From contig JAUYLN010000020.1 of assembly GCA_030698885.1 (NCBI GenBank), positions 7,346 to 71,345 of the forward strand: a stretch of 64,000 nt of DNA, given 5' to 3'. Shown piece by piece: positions 19,476 through 28,275 of the stretch. This DNA comes from a bacterium (lineage in GTDB: Bacteria; Patescibacteriota; Minisyncoccia; 2-02-FULL-40-12; IGHO2-01-FULL-4-A). Positions within the stretch are counted from its first letter, which is position 1, and every line of letters starts with the position of its first letter. Below the pieces are notes generated by a model. The model did no database searches. It was not told the DNA's origin and was given only the letters and a program-made list of their open reading frames with translations. The translations under genes and the position numbers were made by a program.

Positions 19476-19508
19476 TTACAGCTTACAGCTTACAGCTTAC
19501 AGCTTTAG
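19476..19508. repeat. Heptamer tandem repeat (CAGCTTA) x ~4.5 between rplR and rpsE
   Basis: cttacagcttacagcttacagcttacagcttta, seen directly. Confidence 0.7.
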
Positions 19509-20101
19509 TGGAAAACAACAATCAACAACTAAATAGTGGGAGGCCCAGTAGGGGTGGAGGCAGGGGTGGAGGTGATCGTAGGCAAGGCAAGCGTCCCCCA
19601 AGAGAAAAGTCGGAATTTGATTCCAAGGTTTTAGATTTGGCCCGCGTAACCAGGGTTACCAAGGGCGGCAAGAGGTTCAGCTTCAGGGCCACGGTTGTTA
19701 TTGGCGACAGAAAGGGCAGTGTCGGTCTTGGTGTTGCTCAGGGCAGTGATGTTGCTCAGTCAGTACAAAAAGCCACTAACCAGGCCAAAAGATTTTTAAT
19801 GTATGTTCCAAAATTGGGCAGTTCTATACCACACAAAGTTGAAAATAAATATAGTTCTGCTTCGGTTTTACTAAAACCGGCTGTTAAGGGCAACGGCCTA
19901 AAGGCCGGTGGTCCGGTCAGGGCGGTTATAAGTCTTGCCGGCATAGAGGATTTGACTGCCAAGTTGCTTAACAGAACCAGAAATAAAATAAATATAGCAA
20001 GGGCAACCATGGGAGCGCTGGCAAAACTAAAAGTTTCAGCCAAGGATAAGCCCCTGCCTGTCGTGCAGGTAGGTGAATCTGCTCAAGAAAATAAAGCTTA
20101 A
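19508..20101 (+). CDS. rpsE: 30S ribosomal protein S5 with an Arg/Gly-rich N-terminal extension. The start is uncertain: GTG at 19508 just after the heptamer repeat is preferred, with TTG at 19463 as the alternative.
   Basis: S5 core ...RVTKGGKRFSFRATVVIGD... preceded by GRPSRGGGRGGGDRRQGKRPP. Confidence 0.75.
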   Translation: MENNNQQLNSGRPSRGGGRGGGDRRQGKRPPREKSEFDSKVLDLARVTRVTKGGKRFSFRATVVIGDRKGSVGLGVAQGSDVAQSVQKATNQAKRFLMYVPKLGSSIPHKVENKYSSASVLLKPAVKGNGLKAGGPVRAVISLAGIEDLTAKLLNRTRNKINIARATMGALAKLKVSAKDKPLPVVQVGESAQENKA

Positions 20102-20105
20102 AATT

Positions 20106-20567
20106 ATGCAGTTACATCAATTAAAACCATCAGGAAGCAATAAAAAGCGCAAACGAGTGGGCCGAGGCGGAAGCCGCGGTACTTATTCTGGCCGTGGCCA
20201 GAAAGGACAGAAATCAAGAGCCAGCACTTCAATAAGGCCTGATTTTAGGGGTGGAAGCGTACCACTTTGGAAAATATTTGGTAAAAAAAGAGGCTCAAGC
20301 AAAAAGGTTGATATAAAACACAGAGCGTTTAGAATAAGGAATAAGAAGCCTATCGTTGTTAAGCTGTCCCAGCTGAATCACTTTTTTAAAGATGGCGATA
20401 CGGTTACATTAAAAAATGTTATAAAGGCCGGACTGGCCGATAAATCCGGGGCCGGTATTAAAATTTTAAGCAACGGCGAGATAACAAAGAAGTTAAATTT
20501 TGTCAGATTGCCTATGTCGGCATCAGCAAAAAATAAAGTTACAGCTGCCGGAGGCACCGTCAAATAG
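20106..20567 (+). CDS. rplO: 50S ribosomal protein L15. There is no L30 gene between S5 and L15.
   Basis: MQLHQLKPSGSNKKRKRVGRGGSRG..., the L15 N-terminus. Only 4 nt separate it from the rpsE stop. Confidence 0.85.
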   Translation: MQLHQLKPSGSNKKRKRVGRGGSRGTYSGRGQKGQKSRASTSIRPDFRGGSVPLWKIFGKKRGSSKKVDIKHRAFRIRNKKPIVVKLSQLNHFFKDGDTVTLKNVIKAGLADKSGAGIKILSNGEITKKLNFVRLPMSASAKNKVTAAGGTVK

Positions 20568-20649
20568 ATTTACCAATTACCAATAAAATCACTAATATAC
20601 AAATAAGAAATGGATTCGTATATTAGTACCAGATTAGTAATTAGTAGAT
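20568..20649 (+). repeat. Intergenic nested-palindrome element, copy L (rplO->secY)
   Basis: ATTTACCAATTACCAATAAAATCACTAATATAC...GTATATTAGTACCAGATTAGTAATTAGTAGAT. Confidence 0.85.
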
Positions 20650-20653
20650 AATC

Positions 20654-21913
20654 ATGAATCGTTTTATAAAAATACTGAAGACTCCTGATATCAGAAACAA
20701 ACTGTTATTCATCATGGGCCTTTTGGTTGTATTCAGGGTCTTTGCTGCAGTTCCCATCCCAGGCATTGACACTTCAAGACTAAAAGAATTCTTTGATGAT
20801 AATCAGCTGTTCAGTCTCGTTAACACTTTTACCGGAGGTGGCCTGGACAGTCTCTCTATCGTCATGCTAGGCGTGGGTCCTTATATAACGGGCTCTATCG
20901 TTATGCAGCTTCTAACCTTTATATTTCCTCAACTGGAGCAAATGTATAAGTATGAAGGAGAAGCAGGCAGACAGAGATTTAATCAGTATTCAAGGTTGCT
21001 CACTGTTCCGCTAGCCGTTTTACAGGGCTATGGATTTATGGTGCTCCTCACCAGGCAAGGTGTTATAGACCCCCTGTCTTCTTTTCAGTGGATGACGGCG
21101 CTGTCTGTCGTTACTGCGGGAACTATTTTTCTGATGTGGCTAGGTGAGTTAATGTCAGAGAAAAATATCGGTAACGGTATTTCTATCATGATTTTTGCCG
21201 GTATTTTGTCCGGCTTTCCTAATGCTATCCGGCAGTCATTGTTCGTTTATGATTCTAGTCAGCTCACGACCTATGTAGGATTTGTTGTCATAGCTATAAT
21301 TGTCGTAGCCGGAGTTGTATATATTACAGAAGCCCAGCGCAATATTCCTATCAATTATGCTAAAAGGGTAAGGGGTTCCAAAGTCTTTGGCGGAGTATCT
21401 ACGTATCTGCCGATGCGCGTTAACAGCGCCGGAGTTATGCCTATAATATTTGCTTTATCCATTTTGCTTTTTCCGGGCATGATAGCTAACTTTTTTGCTA
21501 ATTCAAATGTGGCGGTCATATCAAGAGTCGCTAATTTTATTAATGATTTTTTGCAAAATCAAACTGTTTATGGCGTGCTTTATTTCCTGCTCGTAGTTTT
21601 GTTCACTTATTTCTATACCGCCGTTACGTTTGATCCGAAGTCAATTTCTGAAAATATTCAGAAGCAGGGGGGATATATTCCGGGAATACGTCCGGGTCAG
21701 CCGACTGCCCAATTTATGACCCATTTGTTAAACAGGGTTACACTGGTGGGTGCGGCATTTTTGGGTATTATTGCTGTTCTGCCTCAAATCGTAAGAGGCT
21801 TTACAGGAATAACCACATTTACAGTTGGCGGAACTTCCATTTTGATTGTTGTTTCGGTTGCTCTTGAAATAATGAAATCTATTGATGCCCAGCTAAGTAT
21901 GTATGAGTATTAA
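20654..21913 (+). CDS. secY: Preprotein translocase subunit SecY
   Basis: 10-TM SecY homology. Confidence 0.95.
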   Translation: MNRFIKILKTPDIRNKLLFIMGLLVVFRVFAAVPIPGIDTSRLKEFFDDNQLFSLVNTFTGGGLDSLSIVMLGVGPYITGSIVMQLLTFIFPQLEQMYKYEGEAGRQRFNQYSRLLTVPLAVLQGYGFMVLLTRQGVIDPLSSFQWMTALSVVTAGTIFLMWLGELMSEKNIGNGISIMIFAGILSGFPNAIRQSLFVYDSSQLTTYVGFVVIAIIVVAGVVYITEAQRNIPINYAKRVRGSKVFGGVSTYLPMRVNSAGVMPIIFALSILLFPGMIANFFANSNVAVISRVANFINDFLQNQTVYGVLYFLLVVLFTYFYTAVTFDPKSISENIQKQGGYIPGIRPGQPTAQFMTHLLNRVTLVGAAFLGIIAVLPQIVRGFTGITTFTVGGTSILIVVSVALEIMKSIDAQLSMYEY

Positions 21914-21966
21914 TAAAATTTAAAACATAAAGCGAAAAGCGTAAAACAAAAACACAAAGTCTAAAA

Positions 21967-21996
21967 TCAAAAACCGCTCCAAGGCGGTTTTTGATT
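21967..21996 (+). terminator. Rho-independent terminator after secY (aaaaaccgc-tccaa-ggcggttttt)
   Basis: Stem plus T-run. Confidence 0.65.
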
Positions 21997-22018
21997 TAAT
22001 AAATTTAGAGGTATAATG
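21991..22018 (+). promoter_or_regulatory. Promoter TTGATT-16 nt-TATAAT immediately upstream of adk. The predicted TSS is at or within a few nt of the ATG, i.e. a leaderless or near-leaderless mRNA.
   Basis: TATAAT at 22013-22018; ATG at 22026; no SD. Confidence 0.5.
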
Positions 22019-22025
22019 TGTGAGT

Positions 22026-22712
22026 ATGGCACAATACTCGGGTAAAAAAATAATTTCATTAATCGGGCCCATTGGTTCAGGTAAAGGAACGCAAGCTGAC
22101 AAATTAGCGGAAGAACTTAATATGCATCATTTTGATACCAGCCGTGTTTTGCGTAAGTTCTTGGCAGCTGCCTTGCCTGATGATCAAGAAGCCCGGAAAG
22201 AGAAAGAGCTTTATCAGGCCGGCGAACTTTTATCGCCACCTTTTGTGTGCAGGGTTCTTTTGGGTGAGATTAGGGTATTGCTGGCGGATATTAATGGAGT
22301 TGTTTTTAGCGGTTCACCAAGGACCGTATATGAATTTGAATGCGAGCTTCCGGCTTTTGATGAACTTGTCGGAGCGGAAAATGTTCACCTTTTTTATATT
22401 GAACTTAGCAAAGAGGAAGCCATAAAACGTAATAGCGCCAGATTGGTATGCGAGAAAAATAGGCATCCTATACCAAATTTACCCGGATACGAAGAGGCAA
22501 GAAAGCTTATGGTTTGCCCGAAGGATGGAAGCAGGCTTATTAAAAGAAGTCTTGATTCAGCAGAAATGATAGCAAAAAGATATGATGTTTATCTCCGCGA
22601 TACCAAGCCCATCCTTGATAAAGCTAAAGAATTAGGATATAAGTTTATAGAAATAAATGGTGACCAGACAATAGAGAAAGTCCATGAAGATATAAGGATG
22701 CACTTAAGTTAA
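22026..22712 (+). CDS. adk: Adenylate kinase (alternative start GTG 22020)
   Basis: P-loop GPIGSGKGTQA and NMP-kinase architecture; canonical position after secY. Confidence 0.8.
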   Translation: MAQYSGKKIISLIGPIGSGKGTQADKLAEELNMHHFDTSRVLRKFLAAALPDDQEARKEKELYQAGELLSPPFVCRVLLGEIRVLLADINGVVFSGSPRTVYEFECELPAFDELVGAENVHLFYIELSKEEAIKRNSARLVCEKNRHPIPNLPGYEEARKLMVCPKDGSRLIKRSLDSAEMIAKRYDVYLRDTKPILDKAKELGYKFIEINGDQTIEKVHEDIRMHLS

Positions 22713-22798
22713 AAGTTCACAAAGTTCGTAAGGTTAATAAAGTAAAGTCAAACAAAACTTTAAAAACTTTAAACTTTAAAACTTTATAAACTAGATTC

Positions 22799-23575
22799 TT
22801 GATTAACATAAAAACAGAAGAAGAAATAAAAATAATGAGAGAGGGCGGAAGAATATTGGCGAAGATACTTAAAGAGCTTGCCAATTTCGTGAAGCCCGGA
22901 ATATCCACGGAAGATATTGAAAAGCTCGCCGACGAGCTCATTTCTTTTTATAAGGTCAAACCGGCCTTTTTGGGTTTTAATGACTATCCGGCTTCAACCT
23001 GTATTTCTATAAACGAAGAAGTTGTTCATTGCGTACCTTCAGATAGAGTAATAAAAAGTGGTGATCTAGTCAGTATTGATATGGGCATAATTTTTAAAGG
23101 CTTTAATCTTGATTCTGCCATAACTGTTCCGGCTTTGGACAAAAAAGAGAATTATTCAGAGTGGTCATCTAAAAATCCTAAAAAAAGCAAGCTTCTTGAA
23201 GTGACAAAAAAATCCTTAAGCTTAGCATTGTCTAAAATGAAAGACGGAGCTAGTATAGGCGATATCGGCTACACCATTCAAAGTTTTGTTGAAAAAAACG
23301 GGTTGGTCATAGTAAAGGAGCTAACCGGACACGGTATAGGCAAGTCTTTGCATGAAGAACCCCAGATATTAAATTTCGGCCGCCCCAAAGAAGGCATTAA
23401 GCTCAAGGAAGGGATGACGGTTGCGATTGAACCGATAGTCAGCGTCGGTGAGTGGAGGTTGAAAAATAGTGCCGATGGTTTCGGCTATGAGACGAAAGAT
23501 GGGTCTTTATCGGCCCACTTTGAGCATACTGTGGCGATAACAAAGAATGGAGTAACAATACTGACGGAGGAATAG
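22799..23575 (+). CDS. map: Methionine aminopeptidase type I (TTG start)
   Basis: MAP pita-bread fold motifs (…GHGIGKSLHEEP…); canonical position after adk. Confidence 0.85.
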   Translation: MINIKTEEEIKIMREGGRILAKILKELANFVKPGISTEDIEKLADELISFYKVKPAFLGFNDYPASTCISINEEVVHCVPSDRVIKSGDLVSIDMGIIFKGFNLDSAITVPALDKKENYSEWSSKNPKKSKLLEVTKKSLSLALSKMKDGASIGDIGYTIQSFVEKNGLVIVKELTGHGIGKSLHEEPQILNFGRPKEGIKLKEGMTVAIEPIVSVGEWRLKNSADGFGYETKDGSLSAHFEHTVAITKNGVTILTEE

Positions 23576-23607
23576 GTGAATGACAAAAATGAACAAAAAT
23601 TAAAAAA

Positions 23608-24570
23608 ATGAGCAAAAATATGAAAAAGCAAATATTTCATCTTTATTTCAATGATGATTTTGACGGTGTAAGTTCGGCGGCCTTGTTTTCTTATTTTGTG
23701 AACAAAAAATGGCCCGGAAAATATAAGTTCAAGTATAATTTGGCGGTTTTTAAGCCGGGATATCAGAAGGAGTGGATTGGTAAAAAACTACCGGAGCCTT
23801 CAGCTGTTTTTGATTTTCGTTATCATCCGGATGCGGGGTGGTGGTTTGATCATCATGAGTCGAGTTTTATTTACGAATCACAAAAGAAAAATTTTAAAAA
23901 TACTGCCCAAAAAGCTTGGGACAAAAACCGTAAATCATGTTGTAGCTTAATTTTAAATCATCTGTCGGGCTATTTTAATTTTGAGTTTCCGGGTTATTTA
24001 AAAGAGCTTGCCAAAGAAGCAGATATTATTGATTCTGCCGGTTATAAATCTGCTAAGGAAGCCCTGGAGCCCAAAGAATCGGCTATAAAATTGAGCAACA
24101 TACTTCCGCTGGGCTTCAGCACTAAAGATGCAAAGGCGTGGATTGAAAGCTTAGCCTCTGGTCCGATGTCTGAAGTGATGAAATTAGATTTAACGAAGAA
24201 GAGAATGTTAAAAGCTGAAAGAATCATAAGTAAGGCCATTGAAGAAGCAAAAAATTTTTCAAAAGTCATCGGCGACACAGTCTTTTTGCCCGGGGGCAGG
24301 ATATTCAGCAGATTTGCCGTTTATTTAGTATATCCAAAAGCATATTATGCAGTGATAGTAAGCGATGTGGGGGAGTATTACCACATCGGGGCAGGCAAGA
24401 ATCCTTGGCTTGAAGTCAGGGACCAGAAAGATATTTCTGAAGTAATGAAAAAATTCGGCGGAGGAGGCCATGTCAATGTCGGTGCGACAGAAGTTAAGAC
24501 AAAGAAAGAAGCTTTACAAATTGCAGAAAAAGTGGTAGAAATATTGAACAGTAAAGCCGTAAAGCTGTAA
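23608..24570 (+). CDS. DHH/DHHA1-family phosphoesterase (NrnA-like)
   Basis: DGVSSAAL..., FDHHES (the DHH motif) and GGGGH (the DHHA1 GGGH motif). Confidence 0.55.
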   Translation: MSKNMKKQIFHLYFNDDFDGVSSAALFSYFVNKKWPGKYKFKYNLAVFKPGYQKEWIGKKLPEPSAVFDFRYHPDAGWWFDHHESSFIYESQKKNFKNTAQKAWDKNRKSCCSLILNHLSGYFNFEFPGYLKELAKEADIIDSAGYKSAKEALEPKESAIKLSNILPLGFSTKDAKAWIESLASGPMSEVMKLDLTKKRMLKAERIISKAIEEAKNFSKVIGDTVFLPGGRIFSRFAVYLVYPKAYYAVIVSDVGEYYHIGAGKNPWLEVRDQKDISEVMKKFGGGGHVNVGATEVKTKKEALQIAEKVVEILNSKAVKL

Positions 24571-24622
24571 GCCGTAAAGCCGTAAAGCTCTATGGCCGTA
24601 AAGCTCTATGGTCTCATAGCTT
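24551..24622. repeat. Short tandem-repeat block (GCCGTAAAGC / AAGCTCTATGGC family) upstream of the sugar-transferase gene
   Basis: gtaaagccgtaaagctgtaagccgtaaagccgtaaagctctatggccgtaaagctctatggtctcatagc. Confidence 0.6.
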
Positions 24623-26006
24623 GAGGCGTTCTGATTTAATCTTCAACGTAATATTGGTCCCGGTTGATTTTGCTATGCTGGCTCTTGCCGGCATAACTAC
24701 CTATCTTCTGCGCACAGAGATACTGACGGCTTTCAGGCCGGTTCTTTTTGAATTTAACCTGCCCTTTGAAAAGTATATTTTCCTGGCGCTTGGCGTGGCG
24801 GGTTTTTTTGTGGTTGTTTATGCTATATCCGGGCTGTATAACATCGGAGGCCCCAGGAATATTCTGGAAGAGTTTTTCAAGGTAGTTATTGCCTCGTCTG
24901 CGAGCATAATGACTATAATCGTTTATATATTCTTAAGGCAGGAACTTTTTGATTCCAGATTTCTAGTTCTTGGCGCATGGTTTTTTTCTATCATTTTTGT
25001 TTCACTGGGAAGGCTTATCGTGAGGCAGGTTCAGAAGAGTCTCGTTTCTAAACTTGATTACGGAATTCATAAAGTGCTTGTCATTGGCAATGACGATATA
25101 TCTTTCAAAATAATTAACGGCATGAATGACAACCACTCTCTGGGCTATAGGGTGGTTAAACAGCTTGTGAATCCGGAAGTGTCAGAAGTTAAGCTGGCTA
25201 TAGGCAATCCGGGCATAGACGAAGTGATTCTGGCTAATCCTAACTATCCTCAAGATAAAGTAGTTGAGATTGTAGATTTTTGCCATGAGAACCATCTTGT
25301 TTTCAAATTTGTTCCTAATATTTATCAGACTTTAACCGCAAATGCTTCAGCCGAAGCATTTGCCGGGGTGCCCTTAATTGAGCTTAGGAGGACTGCTCTA
25401 GACGGCTGGGGAAGCGTAGTTAAAAGACTGGTAGATGTTTTTGCTTCTGCGCTGGGCTTGATAATTCTATCGCCTTTGTTTTTGATTATAGCTTTTGCCA
25501 TTAAGTGGGAAACAGCCGGTCCGGTTTTTGTAAGACTTGAAAGAGTCAGCAGGAACAAAAGGTTTCAGTTGCTAAAGTTCAGGTCAATGATAAATAATGC
25601 GGATAAGTATAAGGAGATGCTCAAAGAAATGAATGAGCGTTCAGACGGCCCGCTTTTCAAAATGCGTTTTGATCCGCGCGTGACAAGAATTGGAAGATTC
25701 ATAAGGCGCACCAGAATAGATGAACTGCCTCAACTTTGGAATGTTTTGAGGGGGGAGATATCATTGGTTGGGCCAAGACCTCATGAGCCGTCAGAAATAG
25801 ATAAATACCAGAAGCATCACCGGAAAGTTCTGGCCTTAAAAGCCGGGGCTACGGGACTGGCCCAGATATCGGGCAGTTCTGATTTACCATTTGAAAAAGA
25901 AGTTGCCTTGGACACTCTTTATATTGAAAAATGGTCTCTATCTCAAGATATTAAAATTATCATTAGAACTGCCATCAAAATGTTCCGTGACCACTCGGCG
26001 GTTTGA
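24621..26006 (+). CDS. Polyprenyl-phosphate sugar phosphotransferase (WbaP/WcaJ 'bacterial sugar transferase' family). The start is uncertain.
   Basis: The C-terminal domain ...ISLVGPRPHEP...DTLYIEKWSLSQDIKII... with N-terminal TM helices. Confidence 0.75.
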   Translation: MRRSDLIFNVILVPVDFAMLALAGITTYLLRTEILTAFRPVLFEFNLPFEKYIFLALGVAGFFVVVYAISGLYNIGGPRNILEEFFKVVIASSASIMTIIVYIFLRQELFDSRFLVLGAWFFSIIFVSLGRLIVRQVQKSLVSKLDYGIHKVLVIGNDDISFKIINGMNDNHSLGYRVVKQLVNPEVSEVKLAIGNPGIDEVILANPNYPQDKVVEIVDFCHENHLVFKFVPNIYQTLTANASAEAFAGVPLIELRRTALDGWGSVVKRLVDVFASALGLIILSPLFLIIAFAIKWETAGPVFVRLERVSRNKRFQLLKFRSMINNADKYKEMLKEMNERSDGPLFKMRFDPRVTRIGRFIRRTRIDELPQLWNVLRGEISLVGPRPHEPSEIDKYQKHHRKVLALKAGATGLAQISGSSDLPFEKEVALDTLYIEKWSLSQDIKIIIRTAIKMFRDHSAV

Positions 26007-26108
26007 GATTACCTCTTGAGGTAAATTAAGCGTTTTTTAAAACGGCTCAACGATAACTATCGTTGAGCCGTTTTGATTTTTAATGTAAGTATATGCTAGT
26101 CTAACGAA

Positions 26109-27209
26109 ATGCGAGTAGCGCTAGTCCATGAATATCTAAACCAGTACGGCGGGGCAGAGAGGGTGCTTGAGATTTTGTGTGAAATTTTTCCTGATGCGCC
26201 GATATATACCCTGGTTTATGATGAAAAAGCCACGGGGGGAGTATTCAAAGATAAAGAGATACATACTTCTTTTATCCAGAAAATTCCTTTCAGCCGGAAG
26301 CATCATCGTGCATTCCCGCTTTTGATGCCCTTAGCTGTTGAGCAGTTTGATTTGTCATATTTTGATGTTGTTATTTCAAATGCTCACTCATTTGCGAAGG
26401 GTATTATCACAAAACCTCATACCCGCCACATTAGCTACTGCATGACTCCGACAAGATTTTTGTGGGATGACAGCCACAGGTATGTGGGCGAGTTCAGATA
26501 TTCCTGGCCTGTCAGAAAACTTTTGCCTTTATTCCTTAACTATCTCCGCATTTGGGATAAAGAGGCGGCGCTAAGAGTGGATGAATTCATCGCTAATTCT
26601 AATTTCGTTAAAACCAGAATAAAAAAGTATTATAACCGCGATGCTACTGTAATCCATCCTCCGGTTGAAGCGGATAAATACAAAATATCAAATAAGCAGG
26701 ATGATTACTTTTTGATGGTGGGGCGTATGGTGCCTTACAAAAAATTTGATTTGGCAGTTAAGGTTTTTAATGCGATTGAAAAACCGTTAAAAATCGTAGG
26801 TGACGGGCCGGAGAGAAAAAAACTTGAAAAAATTGCCCGTTCAACAAGCTCAGGGCAAGCCGGACAGAATATAGAATTTCTTGGGTTAGTCTCGGACTAC
26901 AAGATGCCGGAAATTTACTCAAAGGCACAGGCGTTAATATTTCCCCAAGAAGAAGATTTCGGACTTGTTCCTCTTGAGGCCATGGCCTCAGGCCGTCCTG
27001 TTATAGCTTACCGTGGCGGGGGAGCGCTTGAAACTATCGTTGAAGGTAAAACAGGAGTGTTCTTTGACGAACAGACAGAAATTGATATGGTTCAGGCTAT
27101 TGGTAAATTTAACTATACTGAATGGGACCCGGTTCAAATTCGCGAGCACGCCAAAAAATTTGATAAGTTAGTTTTTAAGCAGAAAATGGTAGAGCTATTG
27201 ACGAAATAA
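26109..27209 (+). CDS. Glycosyltransferase, GT4 family
   Basis: ...EDFGLVPLEAMASGRPVIA..., a GT-B C-terminal motif. Confidence 0.7.
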   Translation: MRVALVHEYLNQYGGAERVLEILCEIFPDAPIYTLVYDEKATGGVFKDKEIHTSFIQKIPFSRKHHRAFPLLMPLAVEQFDLSYFDVVISNAHSFAKGIITKPHTRHISYCMTPTRFLWDDSHRYVGEFRYSWPVRKLLPLFLNYLRIWDKEAALRVDEFIANSNFVKTRIKKYYNRDATVIHPPVEADKYKISNKQDDYFLMVGRMVPYKKFDLAVKVFNAIEKPLKIVGDGPERKKLEKIARSTSSGQAGQNIEFLGLVSDYKMPEIYSKAQALIFPQEEDFGLVPLEAMASGRPVIAYRGGGALETIVEGKTGVFFDEQTEIDMVQAIGKFNYTEWDPVQIREHAKKFDKLVFKQKMVELLTK

Positions 27210-27266
27210 TTTAATCCTGGTATATTATAAATAAGTTTATAGGTCTTTTAAAAAAGAGGGCACGGA

Positions 27267-28001
27267 ATGGAACTACTAAAATCTAGACTTGAAATAAATG
27301 CTCTTTTAGAGAATCTAACATTTTGCTGGGACAAGGAAATAGCGGCGGAGATTGTAAGGATTTTTCATAGACTGCCTTTTTCTGGCAAAGTACAGCTATC
27401 ATTTGGACATAAAAAACCAAGCAGACCGTTCAGCGGTTTCACTCAGGAGCATGGGGATGTGACAATAAAAGATAATGATAAGCTTAAGGTAAAAACTTTT
27501 GGAGAAAATGAAGAAGATTTTGAGCGTGTTGGTAATTTTAAAATCAAGAAGAAGAGAAGGGGTAGGGTCGCTTCCGGTATTCTTTTTTTTCCATTTGCAC
27601 AATCAGATATTGCTACCCAATCCTTTAATGAATCCAGGATTGAGTATGAGATTGATTTTATCAATAGCACCCTAGAACCATTTGCTTTTTTTAAAATTTA
27701 TTATGAACCAAAGGAGAGAGCCTTGTTCGGTGGACTTTCGGTTATTACTTTTAGTCGGCAAATAGAAAGAATTTTTTACGAGAAACCAATATATTTTATT
27801 GAAGAAAAAAATTGGGCTGGACCCGGTTTTTCTTTAAGAAAAATTATCTTAGATGCAATTGTCGGAATATTTTTTGTTTTTTTGATCGGACCTTTTCTAG
27901 GACTTGCATTCTGGCCTCGTTATCCGTTCTTTATTCTTTGGATGTTGATGTGCCTTGCCGTAAGGCTGTATTTCAAGAAAAATAAACCACCCACTAGCTA
28001 A
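27267..28001 (+). CDS. Hypothetical protein with C-terminal TM segments
   Basis: ORF with a plausible RBS and a C-terminal hydrophobic region. Confidence 0.35.
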   Translation: MELLKSRLEINALLENLTFCWDKEIAAEIVRIFHRLPFSGKVQLSFGHKKPSRPFSGFTQEHGDVTIKDNDKLKVKTFGENEEDFERVGNFKIKKKRRGRVASGILFFPFAQSDIATQSFNESRIEYEIDFINSTLEPFAFFKIYYEPKERALFGGLSVITFSRQIERIFYEKPIYFIEEKNWAGPGFSLRKIILDAIVGIFFVFLIGPFLGLAFWPRYPFFILWMLMCLAVRLYFKKNKPPTS

Positions 28002-28275
28002 CGCAGTCGGTGGTTTTAAATTTGATAAGCTGGCTCTAGATAGAAGATATTGGCTAGAGAGCGGAGATTCATCCCGTACGAAGTAGCTTGAATACAACCT
28101 TAAACAAAACTGTTTGTACTGCAAAGCTAAGTATTAACTTGTTGTCAGGGCTTTGAAATCTAACCTGGCAGGCAGGGATACTTCGTCCGGGATTCATCCA
28201 CAACTCTGCCGGCACAATTAAGAGTATAATTAAAGAGTGCCCGCAAAAAATAATATTTGGAGGGCTGTGTTTGAT

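Noticed and set aside
10267-20649. CRISPR array or tRNA genes as an explanation for the intergenic palindromes
   Set aside because: The units are separated by whole genes of very different lengths, are self-complementary rather than direct repeats with unique spacers, and do not fold as cloverleaves.
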